This document shows positions 22,442 to 35,756 of a stretch of DNA of 64,000 nucleotides, piece after piece. This DNA comes from Carcharhinus amblyrhynchos (Eukaryota), in contig OZ336894.1 of the NCBI GenBank assembly GCA_965287045.1, positions 13,268,001 to 13,332,000 of the forward strand, given 5' to 3'. Under the pieces are notes generated by a model. It was given only the letters and a program-made list of their open reading frames with translations, searched no databases and was not told the origin of the DNA. Positions within the stretch are counted from its first letter, which is position 1, and each line of letters begins with the position of its first letter. A program made the translations under genes and the position numbers.

Positions 22442-22950
22442 CACTGGACTAGTAATCCAGAGGCCCAGCTCCTCAAAGGGGCTGTTGAATGATGTATTAT
22501 GTATAGTGTAATGCCACTTCACTTGTCAATAAGCTCTTATTTCTCCCCATAAGTGAACTTGTCCAGCTTGTGTCTGACAGAAAAGTGATCATTTAACAGC
22601 AGTACACCTTGGGGAAGGTGTAAATTCATCATCATTGTTGATTAATCAGATATAACAGTGATGCTCTGGGAACATGGATTTAAATCGTACCAAGGCAGTT
22701 GGTGTAATTTGAATTCAACTAATAAATCTGAAATTGAAACTATCATCAATTGTTGGAAAAACCTATCTGGTTCAATTTTTTTAGGGAAGGAAATCTGCCG
22801 TCTTTACCTGGTCTGGCCTACATGTGACTCCAGATTCATAAGTTGCTTAACTGCCCTCTGAAATGACTTAGCAAACTATTCAGTTTAAGGGTACTTACTA
22901 GAGATGGGCAACAAATACTAGTGATGCTGAAATCCCATGAAAGAATAAAG
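22442..22950 (+). mobile_element. tRNA-derived SINE of a second family, interrupted at ~22470-22657
   Basis: CTGGACTAGTAATCCAGAGG...ATGCTCTGGGAACATGG...GGAAGGAAATCTGCCGTC...GATGGGCAACAAAT; same family as 23600-23885. Confidence 0.7.
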
Positions 22951-23189
22951 GAAATAACTTATTTTAAAACCAAGTTTTCTTAGTGATTTGCCTCAAAGGA
23001 ACTGTTGAAATATTACAACACAATACCACTTCAGTTGTTCATAAATACTTATTTCTCCCCACAGTGAACTTGTCCAGCTTATGCCTGACAACAAAATTAG
23101 ACTGTGCAATCATTTGGCAGCAATCAATCAGCCTCAGGGTGTGAATCTAGAATTCATCATCATTTCTGATTCATCAGATATAACAAAAG

Positions 23190-23273
23190 ATGCTCCCTGC
23201 ACCATTGTGGTTAGAGAATGATCGTGTTGGAGAGCTCAGGGACTCCATGCTGGTTAATCCTCTATTAATAAAG
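23190..23273 (+). CDS. CFAP77: CFAP77 (cilia- and flagella-associated protein 77, C9orf171), first conserved coding exon
   Basis: Encodes MLPAPLWLENDRVGELRDSMLVNPLLIK followed by donor AAG|GTAAGG. Matches the recalled CFAP77 segment [20 protein letters not shown], and the TTF1-CFAP77 head-to-head order is known from human 9q34. The start codon is uncertain. No downstream exon was found in the window. Confidence 0.85.
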
Positions 23274-23337
23274 GTAAGGACTTGAACGGTCACAATTCTG
23301 GTAGCTGTGTCAAAATAAAACACAAAATCAGTGAATA

Positions 23338-23490
23338 CAAAAGTAAGGTACTGCAGTTGCTGGAATTCTGAAATGAAAGCAGAAAATCCTGGAAATATGC
23401 TGCAGGTCGGGCAGCATTTGTGGAGCAAAACATTAACTGGTGCACACTTAAAATGAAGGGATATCATTGACCTCAACTCCACATTTACCT
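23338..23490. mobile_element. Penelope-like remnant
   Basis: TACTGCAGTTGCTGGAATTCTGAAATGAAAGCAGAAAATCCTGGAAAT, same family as 20850 and 50965. Confidence 0.6.
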
Positions 23491-23599
23491 GTCATTCAAC
23501 TGTTAGAAATTACCCAAATGTCAGCTGCAGAAATGTGGTCTGAGTGTTGCTTATGAAAGAAATAGAAATAAATACTGCAGGGCAATTTTATTACAGATC

Positions 23600-23885
23600 A
23601 GGGAGGCGGTGGTGTAGTGGTATTCTCACTGGACTAGTGATCGAGAGACCCAAGGTACTACTCTGGGAACGAGGGTCTGAATCACATCACAACAGATAGT
23701 GAAATTTGAATTCAATAAAAATCTGGAATTAAAAGTCTAATGATGACTATGAAGCTATTGTTGATTGTCGTAAAAATCTATCTGGTTCACGGATGCTTTT
23801 AGGGAAGGAAATCTGCAATCCGTGACTGGTCTGGCCTACATGTGACTCTAGCAATGTGGTTGACTCCTAAGGGCAATGAATAAAT
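23600..23885 (+). mobile_element. tRNA-derived SINE (second family)
   Basis: A-box-like GGTGGTGTAGTGG head, CACTGGACTAGT, GGAAGGAAATCTGC core. Confidence 0.75.
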
Positions 23886-25729
23886 AAAAAAAATTATTTT
23901 GGGTATAGAAAAATATGTAGCAAACAGTACTGACTTGTTGTCTTCTTAAGCAGAGTTTCTGTGTAAATTTTGTTCTGATATTTTAAAAAGTATACTCCTG
24001 TCTTCCACAAAGAGAAAATCAGAATGTAAGTCAGCATGGACCAGATACTCCCAAACTGGTTGAAGCCAATGAGAGACCATCGTGAGTAGAGATCTTATCT
24101 TCAAACAGTTTATGTTTCTGGCCTTAAAGACTACAAAGATCCACTGTCTAATCATACAATCATAACTAGGCCAGTAGTTAGGCAACATTGGCCTCAACAG
24201 CTTTGGGTTAGAGAAGGAAACATTCGCTCTGGTTTCTACCTCTGATTGCTACCAGAGATTCTTTCTGATGTAGATGTGTGTGCACGTTGGACAAGAACAG
24301 GATGGAATTTGGCAGTGCCACCAAATCCACTCCCTGTTCCCCCTGCTGCTTCCACCCCAAATCTTCCCTCAGGAAAATATTATCTGTTGAGCCTAACTAT
24401 GTAGAATCAGCCATGAAACTCACCAGAGTGGACGAGGGGCAGATCGCAGAAAGGTCCGTGGACCTCCAATGGGATTTTCCAGTTTTGGGATGAGAGCGGC
24501 TGGAAATCCTGGCTACAACTCCAGCAAGGAAGATCAAGAGAAAAATGAAAGGTGACTGGGACAGCAAAAAGAACACAAAGGCAGGAATTGCACTTTTTGT
24601 TGTCTGGCTATGGAATGACAACTGTGAAAATTTGAGAAAAAGTTAATAGCTGAGGCTATTCCCAAACTTTAATGGTAAGTTTTTAAGAGGTGCTGCTCAC
24701 ATATTTGGAAATAGAACAGTAATGAGAGTAAATTACAGAAGTTTGTATGTATGAATTAAAATGAGAAATGTCATTATTCCCTAGCACTTATTTTCTTTAC
24801 ATAAAATGTGGGATTATTTTTCTGTATTTAATAATAGAAGTTTAAACGGACTATGATTTTGACTGTAGAGGACATCGTAAAGTGCCCCAGTATTTGATAT
24901 AAATTTCTCTCGACTCTACAGAAGTGTTTACCCTTGACTAGAAAACGTCCTCATTAATGATTAAGTACTTAATTCACTGGGTACATTTTGGCCCAGATGC
25001 TGTCTACTATCTCACCAGTGAATCATGGCACCAATATGAATACAATTACAATTATTTTGCGTTCAATTTGAATCTGGTATAAACCTAGAATAATAGATGT
25101 ATAATTATTTACTGGGCATGCAATGGAAGATACAGGACAGTGTACTGATGATATGCCAAATATGCTGCAGTTGATTTTTACTTTGAAAATTTCCCTATTC
25201 TTGCACTTGGACATCACCTCACTGAACACCGGCTCTTGTAATTTCAAACATAATTTCGCTACTCATGATATAATAATGAAAATATCATTATAATAGTGAG
25301 TTTCAATATAGAATCCTATGATGGTTTCACACACTGCTATTGGGAGTGAATTAGTACATAGCAGATTCTTCATGTTACACCAGGTGGTGCTGATGCAGCA
25401 GCTAAAATTAGTGACATCCTTTCCTGAATTCCCTCCACAGAATGGGATTGGCAAATAAAATGCTGTATGTTTCACAATATTCAGCTAGATAAAAGACTAT
25501 TGAAACACAGATATTGCAATCTAGTAAAATGGAAGATACTAAGAAAGGATTTGTAAATGTTTACGCAACTTAAAAAGGCAGACCTGATTACTGAGCAGTA
25601 ATCAATCCTGAAGCGTACTGTGTCTTCCCAGTAGCAGATTGAGCTTTGTATTCCAATTTCTTGCTGTGTCCGTACGTATATGTTTTAGACCATTGCCAAA
25701 AACTGCATACAACTTTTACATCATCTCAA

Positions 25730-27075
25730 AGAACAAAGAAAAGTACAGCACAGAAACGAGCCCTCCAAACCTGTGCAGATCATTATGCCCTAGTTAAACT
25801 AAACAAAACCTTCTGCCCTTACTCAGTCCATACCTCTCTATTCATGTACCCACCCAGAGGCCTCTTAAATATTGTTAATGTGTCAGCTTTCACCATCTCC
25901 TCTACAGCACGTTCCAGGCACCCACCTCTCTCTGCATGAAAAACTTCTCCCCACACATCTCCCTTAAACTTCCCCCCTTGAACATGTGCCCCCATGTAAT
26001 TGACACATCCACCCTGGGAAAAAGCCTCTGACTATCCACCTTTCAGTCTCTCTCATGATTTTGTAGACCTCTATGAGCCTCCGCCTTTCCAGTGAAAACA
26101 ATCTTAGTCTTTTCAACCTCTCCTCACAGTCAACACTCTCAAGGCCAGGCAAACCCTGGTGAACCTTTTTTGCACTCTCTCCAAAGCTTTCATGTCCTTT
26201 TGGTAGCGTGATGACCAGAACTGCACACAAAACTCCAAATGCAGCCTAATTAAGGTTTTAAATAGCTGCAACATGATTTCCCAACTCTTGCACTCAGTGC
26301 CCCACTGATGAAGGCAAGCATGCCGTATGCCGCCTTAATCACCTTGGCCACCTGTGTTGCCACTTTTAGGGAACCGTGGACCTGCACACCCAGATCCCTC
26401 CATATGTTAATGTTCCTAAGGGATCTGCCATTTACAGAATAATTTACACCTAAATTTGATCCTCCAAAATGCATCACCTCGCATTTCTCCGGATTAAATT
26501 CCATCTGCCATTTCTGTGCCCAAGTCTCCAATCTATCTATATTCTGTTGTATCGTCTGATAATCCCTGGCAGCATCAGCAACTCTACCAGTCTTCATGTC
26601 ATCCGCAAACTTACTAATCAAACCATTCACGTTTTCCTCCAGATCATTTGTATACACTACAAACAACAAAGCACTGATCCCTGCAGAACACCACTTGCTA
26701 CAGATCTCCATTCTGAAAACATCCTTCCACCACTACTCTTTGTCTTCTATAACCAACCTAGTTCTGTATCCATCTAGCCAGCCTACCCCAAATCCCATGT
26801 GATTTTAGGTTTTATACCAGTCTGTCATGTGGGACCTTGTCAAACACTTTACTAAAGTCCATATAAACTATATCCACGTTACTTCCCTTATCTTTGTCAC
26901 CTCTTCAAAAAACTCAATCAGATTGGTGAGACATGACTTTCCCTGTACAAAACCATGCTGCCTGTCACTAACTAGTTCATTTCCTTCCAAATGTGCATAT
27001 ATCCTGTCCCTCAGTATCTTCTCCAAAAGTTTTCCCACACCTGGTGTTAGGCTCACCAGCCTATAATTTCCTCTC
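25730..27075 (-). mobile_element. Degraded CR1 LINE RT / 3' end
   Basis: Fragmented ORFs with QHGFVQGKSCLTNLIEFFEEV, SKFADD, WQMEFNPEKC. Confidence 0.92.
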
Positions 27076-29139
27076 TTCCTGTAATGAATACAAGTAAGGC
27101 ATTAGGTGAAATAAAGAGGACACTATTGTGGAGCATAAGTAGATCAGCTGGGCCCAATGCCCTCTTTCCATTCTGTATGTTCCACGTAATTCTATGTAAA
27201 TGTAAGCACAAGTTTTTTTCTTAACAATTCTTTGGAAAATCACCAGTTCTGCCTTAATCTTGGTCCTGAAATAATGGGAACCTTCAAGACTGCAGCCACA
27301 CTAGCAGGATTAAAGGAAAAATAAATTCCTCAGTTGGGCTAGGATTTCAATTGAACACCTCGTACTAGGCAGCTCTTGCTTGACCATCCACTTCAGTTTG
27401 ATTTTATGTATAAGAGGGTGGGTTTTGAATGAGTTTATAACTCTTGCTCCCAATCTTTGCAACTTACTCAGCATTACAAGACTTTAAGATTCCACCATTC
27501 CTCCAATACCTGGCTCTTGTGCACCACCAAGTTTAATCACTCCACATTGGTAGCTGAGTCTTCTGCTGGTCTTCATGCCCTAAGTATTGGAGTAAGGAGA
27601 GAGAGGGAGAGAGAATTTTCTTTGAAGTCACGAATTATAGTTGGAATATTGTTGCCTAAAGAGACAATATGTTGTGAATACTTTGAGGCAGTAGTCATTT
27701 GGAACATATATCGTATCTTCCTGAATTTCAAATCTGTGCCTTTAATGATTTCCTACTCTTCTCTGTGTGATACAATATTGAATTATTTTTTACAACTGTT
27801 ACGTCTGAGTCTTCTCTGTTAATTCTTTTTCTTGGTACTTGTTGCTACTGTGATCTCCCAGTTAGTTGGTTTCTGCATTTTCATATGTTCATTCTGGTAA
27901 GTTCTTTTGACTTATCAGATTTTTACAGTCTGTTTTCCCTCTTTATCTCAGTTTTAGGTTTTTTTGTAAATTAATGCTCTCAATTGCATCTTCAAAGAAA
28001 TCAATCTGTCTTCTGCAGAATTGGTATTAAACACTTTCCCCAACTTTATTTCACTTAATTGATCCTTACTTCATCAAGTTTAGTCCTTTTTAAGTTATCT
28101 ATGCTTTTGGTTTCCAGATCATGCTAAATTTAGTTATATTGAATTATCTCAGTTATCTTATGCTCTTGGGTTAAAACTGAAAGAACAAGAGCTTATCAGA
28201 ACCTTCTCTGCCTGTACCAGTCCCAATTCCAATTCAACCAGCCTAATATATCAATCAGTTTTTCTTTTCTGTCCAGGCATGCAAAGAACGTTTGAGATAA
28301 CTTGTTTTATGTTTTTCGCACATGGCTTATTAACATTCACGAGTCATATTATAACTTAATAATCATCGTAGGGAACATCTTGCAGTTAAGCTGAACAATT
28401 TACTCACACTGATCCCACAATACTTTGCAGGAATTGCAGGTTTACATACAAAATAATGTATCGTTATGTTAGCTGTTTAAAGTGTGGATTTGCCCCATTA
28501 CATGGCTACTTAGAATTCAGCTGTGGGTGGATTTCCAGAAGACATCTAAAATCACTAGACTTACCGCTTTAACGGTGGGCTTACACAATGTGTCTGTGAG
28601 GGAAGGCAATTAAATTTGATTTCACTTACTGCAAATTCTTTAACATCTTGTAGTTTACAATATGGGATCTATCTGCTTTACTGTGAAGACACATGCTGGC
28701 ACAATCCACTGGGATGTGCTAAATAAAATTAAAAATGTTTGAACTTCAGAAAGGACTACATGTTCCTGATATTGTGTTTGTCAGTAAATCTTTGACAAAA
28801 GTACCTATCATTACCTATCATTTAAACAACATATTTAAGCATAAAGTTGCTCTAATAATTCTTCATTTCTTAAGTGAATCATAACTGATTTTATTTCGAT
28901 ACGTTACAAAATTCATTTTCAAAATAATTTTGCCTAAGTTTTAAAATCCATGTTTCTGTTTATCCTCACCTCTCCATGTCGCTTTGACCTGCTTCAGTCC
29001 TAGAACGGTCCCAGGTTTCTCCACGCTTCCAGTTCAGGCCTCTTGCACATCCCCAATTTTGCCATTGCTGACTGTGCGTTCAGCTATCTAGAGCTTAAGC
29101 TCTGCAATTCCTAAAACCCTCTGCCTCTCTACCATTCTC

Positions 29140-29563
29140 TAGAATCATAGGATGCCTGCAGTACAGAAAAAGGCCAATCAGATCATTGAGTCTGCACCAA
29201 TACTCCAAGACAGCATCACCCATGCCCTCCCCTCCGTTCTATCCCTGTAAACCCACACCTTTATCATGGCTAATCCACCTAATGATACATCTTTGAACAC
29301 TAAAGGGCAATTTAGCATAGCCAACCTGCACATCTTTGGACTGTGGGAGGAAAGTGGAGCACCTGGAGGAAACCCACATGGACATGAACATGCAAATGTC
29401 TGTTGACTTTGGGCAGCATTTTCTGTTTTTGGGTCTAGCACGGCCAGAAAATCCCACACGAGGAGAATGTGCAAACTCCACGCAGTCAACCAAGGCCAGA
29501 ATCGAACCTGGGTCCCTGATGCTGTGAGGCACCAGTGCTAACCACTGTGCTACCATGCCACCC
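29140..29563 (-). mobile_element. HE1-type SINE with a ~60-bp internal insertion, within an L2-like 3' fragment
   Basis: Standard head and tail; extra segment ~29398-29458 resembles the MITE-like family end (GAAAATCCCAC). Confidence 0.85.
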
Positions 29564-29745
29564 ACAGTCTCTAAGACGCTCCTTAAAACATGGCTCTGAC
29601 CAAGCTTTCGTTCGCCTGTCTTAATATCTCCTCATGTGGTCTGGTGTAAAAAAGATGTGAGGGAGAACTTTTTTAAGCAGTGAGTGAAAGAGGTGACAAT
29701 CGATTATTTCAAAAGGAAGTTGGATTGATACGTGAGGCAAGAATG

Positions 29746-30398
29746 GGATGCTGGCCTTCATAGCGAGGGGGATTGAATATAAAAGTAGGGAGGTCTTGCT
29801 GCAGCTGTATAGGGCATTGGTGAGGCCGCAGCTGGAGTACTGTGTGCAGTTTTGGGCGCCACACCTGCGCAAGGATATTTTGGCCCTGGAGGGAGTGCAG
29901 AGGAGGTTTACTAGGCTGATACCGGAGTTGAGGGGATTGAGCTATGAGGAGAGGCTGAATAAACTAGGCTTGTACTCGTTAGAGTTTAGAAGAATGAGGG
30001 GAGATCTCATTGAGACGTATAAGATGATGAATGGGATGGATAGGATAGAGGTGGAGAGACTCTTCCCGCTCAAAAAAGACAGTAGGACTAGGGGGCACAG
30101 CCTCAAGATAAAGGGGAGGCGGTTTAGAACGGAGTTGAGGAGGAACTTCTTCACTCAAAGGGTGGTGAATATCTGGAATTCTCTGCCCGTTGAAGTGGTG
30201 GAGGCTGCCTCGCTAAATATTTTTAAGAAGCAGGTTGATGGGTTCTTGATAAGAGAGGGGATTAAGGGTTATGGGGAGAGGGCGGGAAAGTGGAACTGAG
30301 CCACGACAGATCAGCCATGATCTTATTGAATGGCAGGGCAGGCTCGAAGGGCTAGATGGCCTACTCCTGCTCCTATTTCTTATGTTCTTATGTTCTTA
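29746..30398 (+). mobile_element. Young CR1 3' fragment inserted in an older CR1 tail
   Basis: Intact 183-aa ORF 29748..30299; tail TTCTTATGTTCTTATGTTCTT. Confidence 0.95.
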
Positions 30399-30829
30399 AG
30401 TAAACTTGTAGGTCTATGCACAGAGATTGGAAGAATGGGACTGACTGGATTACTTTACAGAGAGCTGACATGAACTCAACAGGCATAATGCAGTTATGAC
30501 TCTTTTTAAATATAAGTTGTTACTGTTAACTCAAAACTGCAAAATATATTCATTACATGCCATTCGAATTTAGCTACATTGTGCCATCTGAGTATTGTCA
30601 GAATGCACAATGTTTTGTGAATTAAGAGCTTTGCGTTAAGAAAGACTTCAACAACGTCTACAGAATTGGAAGTTGAATGGATTAGTTTTCTTTATGGTAG
30701 CTGTGAGTTTATCGCCTAGTTTTACCCAGGAGAAGCACATTTGAGGCAACAATTGAAATATTGATCTGATAATATCACCAGTTCTCTTCATTTATCCAAA
30801 ATACTTTCCAAATGGAAATATTTCATTTC

Positions 30830-31175
30830 AATAAAGGAGATACACAAGATTATGACAGGCTTAGGTAAGGTAGACAAAAATAGTTGTTCCCATCAGTTGA
30901 AACAAGGACTAGGGAAGACAGATTTTAGGTTTCAGGCAAGAAATACTGGGTAATATGAGGAGAAGCTTTTATGTTGTGAGTGGTAATGACCCAAAATATG
31001 CTGCCTATGAATGTATGGAAGTGGAGACAATTAATGATTTTAAAAAGGATATTGTATAGATACTTGAGGGAAAAAAATTGCAGGAAATAAAGAAGGGAAT
31101 CAAATTTATTGTGTGTGTCTACAGAGGGTTGGCATGGACTCAATGGGCTGAATAGCCTCCTTCTATGCTATAATG
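30830..31175 (+). mobile_element. Old CR1 3' fragment
   Basis: Degenerate C-terminal coding sequence and tail GGGCTGAATAGCCTCCTTCTATGCT. Confidence 0.7.
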
Positions 31176-32132
31176 GCCATCAGGTTCTAAAAAATGGTCT
31201 ATCAAAGGGACGTAGAAGTGTACAAATCCAGCATCAATGGTGAAGAGAGTTCCAGAGAAGGGAGGGTTGTAGGACTGGAGGAGATTATAAAAGTAGTGAG
31301 ATCACAAGGAATTTTTAAAAAATTAAAATTTTAATTAAATGTTTTGAAGTATCAGAACCAGTGTAGATTGGAAGGATGAAAGTGATGTGTAAGTGGGACT
31401 TAAGGAGCAATAGGATATATCTACAAATATAAAGACAAATAATATGGGATTCTATAGCTAGTTAAATAAGAAAAGGGTTAACAAGGTGTGTGTTGGTCTT
31501 GCAGAATGTGAATCTGGGGAATTAATAATAGAAAATAAGGAGATGGTGGGTAAATTAAACAAGTATTTCATTTAGAGGGGACAGGTAAGATCCCAGAAAT
31601 AGCTGCAAATCAGGAAAGGGGAGAAAGAAATTCAGGAAAATTACAATCACCAGGGAAATGGTATTGAACTGAGCAAATTGATAAACCCTGGGGTCCTAAT
31701 GGACTTCATTCTTGGGTATTAAAAAAAGTGGCTAGTTGATGCATTGGTTATACTTTTCAAAAATTTCCAAGATTCAGGAAGGTTCCATTACGTTGGAAAA
31801 TAGTAATATAACTCCTTTATCAAAAAACGGAGAAAGAAAATGTGAAACAACAGGCCAGTTAGCTTAACATCTGTCATGGGGAAAAGTTGGAAGCTTTTGT
31901 TAAAGATGTTATAGCAGGACACTTGGAAAAATTCAGGACAGTCAGGCAGCATCAACACACTTTTGTGAAGAAGAAATCATCATTAACCAATTTAGTAGAG
32001 TTCTTTGAGGGATTTGTGTGTGCTATGGATAAAGAAGAACTGGTGCATATACTGTACTCAAGATTCCAGAAGGCATTTGATAAGGTTCTACGTCAAAGGT
32101 TATTGCAGAAAATAAAAACTCATAGTATAATT

Positions 32133-32585
32133 CACTTATGGGCAATCTAGGTTAGTTGAGTGGCCAGTATGAGTGGCCCTCCTTCATCTCAGTGGGTCAC
32201 AAGATTGAAATCAGACTTGTTCACCAACTGTGACCATATGGATAAGATTAAATGTATTAACACACACCAAACAATTCATAATGAGTTATAGAAAATGCTT
32301 AATCATATATATAGTAATAGAACTGTCATCAACTTCAAGTAGTAAAAACAAAAAAAAGGCTCTCACAGTCAACGTTGTGTGCAGTCAGCATGCACATCAC
32401 TTTATTTGCCCTTTACGTGTGTATCAGTCAGTCATACAGGTTGGGAAAAAAAAACTATATTGGCAAAAGTCAGCTGAATGTGGCAACCCTGTGCATGGGC
32501 AATGATCAACAAAATGTCTCAAGGGCCATATTCAGAACACAGATGGGCTGCATATGGCTCCCAGGCCATAGGTTGCCCAACACTG
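32133..32585. mobile_element. Non-autonomous hAT (Charlie-like) DNA transposon
   Basis: Imperfect terminal inverted repeats CACTTATGGGCAATCTA / TAGGTTGCCCAACACTG; interrupts the CR1 RT; target duplication is degenerate. Confidence 0.7.
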
Positions 32586-33534
32586 GTGTAGGGGGTAACG
32601 TATTAACATGGATAAAAGACTGGCTACGAAACAGAGTGTAGTCATAACATAGAAATGTAGAAAATAGAAGCAGGAGTAGGCCAAATAGGTATTTTACTGG
32701 TTGGCAAAATATAACAAGGGGTTTGCCACAGGGATCAGTGCTTGAGCCTCACTTTTTTTACAATATTTATAAATGACTTGAGTGAAGGGACCAAAGGTAT
32801 GGTTGCTAAATTTGCCAATGATACAAATAAAGGTAGGAAAGTAAGTTGTGAAGAGTATATAAGAAGGCTGCAAAGGGACATAGATAAGTTACATGAGTAG
32901 GCAAAGATCTGGCAAATGAAGTATAATGTGGGAAAATGTGAAATTGTCTATTTTGGCAGAAGAATGAAATAGAAGCTTATTATTTCATGGTGGGAGATTG
33001 CGCAGCTCTTAGATTCAGAGGGATCTGGGTGTCCTAGTGCATGAATCACAAAAAGGCTATTACACAGATAAAGCAAGTAATCAGGAAAGTTCTTGTTTAT
33101 TGCGAGGGAAATTGAATACAAAAGTAGAGAGGTTACATTTCAGTTGTACAGGGCAGTGGTGAGACCACATTTAAAATATTGTGTACAGTGTTGGTCTCCT
33201 TATTTAAGGAAGAATGTATTATCTTCTGAGAACATTTATTAGACTAATACCAGAAATGGGTGTGTTGTCTTATGATGAAAGGTTGGACAGGCGAGGCATG
33301 TATCCACAGGAGTATAGAAGAATAAGAGGTGACTTGATTGAAACCTTTAAGATTCCATGGAGTCTTGATAAGATGGATGTGAAGAGGATGTTTCTTCTTG
33401 TGGGAGAATCTAGAACTCAGGGTCACTATTTAAAAATAAGGAGTTGCTCATTTAAGGCAAAGAAGAAATTTTTTCTCGCAGACTGTCATGAATCCTTGGA
33501 ACTCTGTTTTCACCACCTTTTGAGGAAGACAGTC

Positions 33535-34281
33535 TGTCACGAACCCAGCTGATGTTATCTGCGAGGGAGTCGCAAGTAGGAAACATCAGTTCATGATGGT
33601 GTATTTTTTTATCGTCAAGAATGGAGTAAGGTGTGAGACCCAGTGAGGACTGTAACCAGCCCAGTGGTAGTATAACACTTTTTAAAGACTATTAATTAAA
33701 AAGACACATATAGACAAACAGGACAATAATGATTTAAGACAGTTATATACAAGAATAGTAAACACACCACATAGTTTAAATAGGGATTTTTTTTTGACCC
33801 AAAGTACATTTACAAAATCTGAACTCTTCCCTGTTCCCAAACAACATCCAAACCAATAGATCTATTAAGTAAATGCCACCTTATAGTTACCGCATAGTAT
33901 ACAATTGAGTAGTTATTCTGGGGAACATCTCTTCTTCTTTCAGCAAAGATATGGGTTTTAACTGCCTCCACAAACGTTTTCTGCACCCTTGCTTTTGTTC
34001 TGCCAGCTAGAGCCAATTTACAGACTGATAGGTAGAATTTGCCCCCTGCTTCTCTCTGTATACTTGGCTGTTTGGCCGCTCAGCTTCTGTTAGTTCTAAA
34101 ACATTAACAAATGTATATCTTCCCTGAATGGTGCAATTGTCTACTGGAAGTGTTTCCTTTTAGCAGGATTATGTATCCATTTTCCCCTGTCTACAACTGC
34201 TAACTTCGTTATTGGGATTCACATCCTGTGAAAAATTTTTGAAATGTTGGTGGCTTTGAATCCGCAGGTATATTCATGACA
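33535..34281. mobile_element. Probable solo LTR (Gypsy-like)
   Basis: TGTCACGAA...TTCATGACA inverted termini (TG...CA), 747 bp, 4-bp flanks AGTC/AATC; the CR1 sequence resumes immediately after. Confidence 0.72.
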
Positions 34282-35756
34282 AATCTTTGAATATTTTTAA
34301 GACAGAGGTAGATAAATTCTTGATAAGGAAGGGGTTGAAAGGTTACTGAGGGTAGGTGGGAGGTTACAATCAAAATAACCATGATCTTATTGAATAGAGA
34401 GCAGGCTGGAAGGGCCAACTGGTCTGCCTCCTGCTCCTAGTTCATATGTTTGTATGACAGCCTGAGTTTTGAATAAGTTGTCATTTACACAGTGTAGGGA
34501 ACAGGAACCAGGAGAGCACTGAAAAAGTTAATGCCTTTGTCATTTCCAAAGTTAAGTGTTTCAGCAACAGATTGACAATCTTACAGCTGTGAAAGCAGGT
34601 AATGTTTGTGAGACAGATTATATGGAATTGGAAGCTCAGGTCATTGTCAAATGGAACAGTGGTTGCAACCAGTCTGGTTTCTGGTGAAAGAGTAGCAAAG
34701 CTGGGGGATAGAATCTATTGCAAGGGTATAGAGGTTATCATGGGAACCAAAGGCAATGGCACTGATTTTTTTGAGTTTTAATTGAAGTACAGTGTGACTC
34801 AAGTTTTGCACAAGCAGTTTGGCTGCATAGAGATTGTGGAATTTAGGGAAATAGAAGTATCTTATGATCAGAGAGTGGTTTTACTGGGGACTAGGGCCTT
34901 AAAGCTTGAGGAGACTGAGTGGTTGAGGATGTAAGATTCCATTACCTCATTGAGAGAATATTTGGTTTTTGGAATAATTTGTCAGGGATATTGGAGGGGC
35001 AACTGGCCTCTAAAATGAAATTGTGTTGAATGATCTTGAAGGGATGCTGTTTCACAGAGTCAGTGGAGACTTGATGGCCTCCTTCTGCATAGTTGGGATT
35101 CTGTGGTTCTATGGACTATTGATACCTCATTCAAATTAATCCACCACCCCTTATAACAGCCATGATTGCCAGAAGGTGACAGCTGCAGACCATCCTTTGG
35201 AGGGGATTTCCCTCCATAATGACAGTCTGGTAGTTGTAGCCACTTTTCATTGAACAATGAAAATTCTTCAGAAAGTTCTTCCATCTAGATCTTACAATGT
35301 CAAATGCAGACCTGTGAGCCCACCTACATCACTAATTGAATGGGGCTCCTGCCACCTCCTCCAAAATATCTCACTGGATCCCACAAATGGCACTTGTGGA
35401 TTTTTAATCTGCATTTTATCCTGATGGTGCAATCAATATTCGGGAGGGAAAATCGTGCACATTGCTTTTCCTGATCTTGAGAATTTTTGTATTTCTAAAT
35501 AGAAACTAGTGCAAAAAGCAGATTTAACTAATTACTAGACTGATATTCCTCACCAATACTCAATTGGATTCAAATGTAATAAATACCTATAAACTTTGAT
35601 AGTTCTCATAATTTGGTCTTTTGTAGAAAAGCTTGTCTGTGAACTTGAATACTCACTGGGTGTTCCATTTAACCCTTGTTTATTTAGTTATCTCATGGAA
35701 TACAGATTCACTAGAAAAAAACTAGGAACAGTGTTTCCTCATATATCCACTTTACT

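Larger units (their letters stand above)
31440..34455 (+). mobile_element. Degraded CR1 LINE carrying two nested insertions
   Basis: RT remnants (SLTNLVEFFE, FQKAFDKV, CCACAGGGATCAGTGCT, GDLIETFKI) continue across 32133-32585 and 33535-34281 to a CR1 tail at ~34440. Confidence 0.88.
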
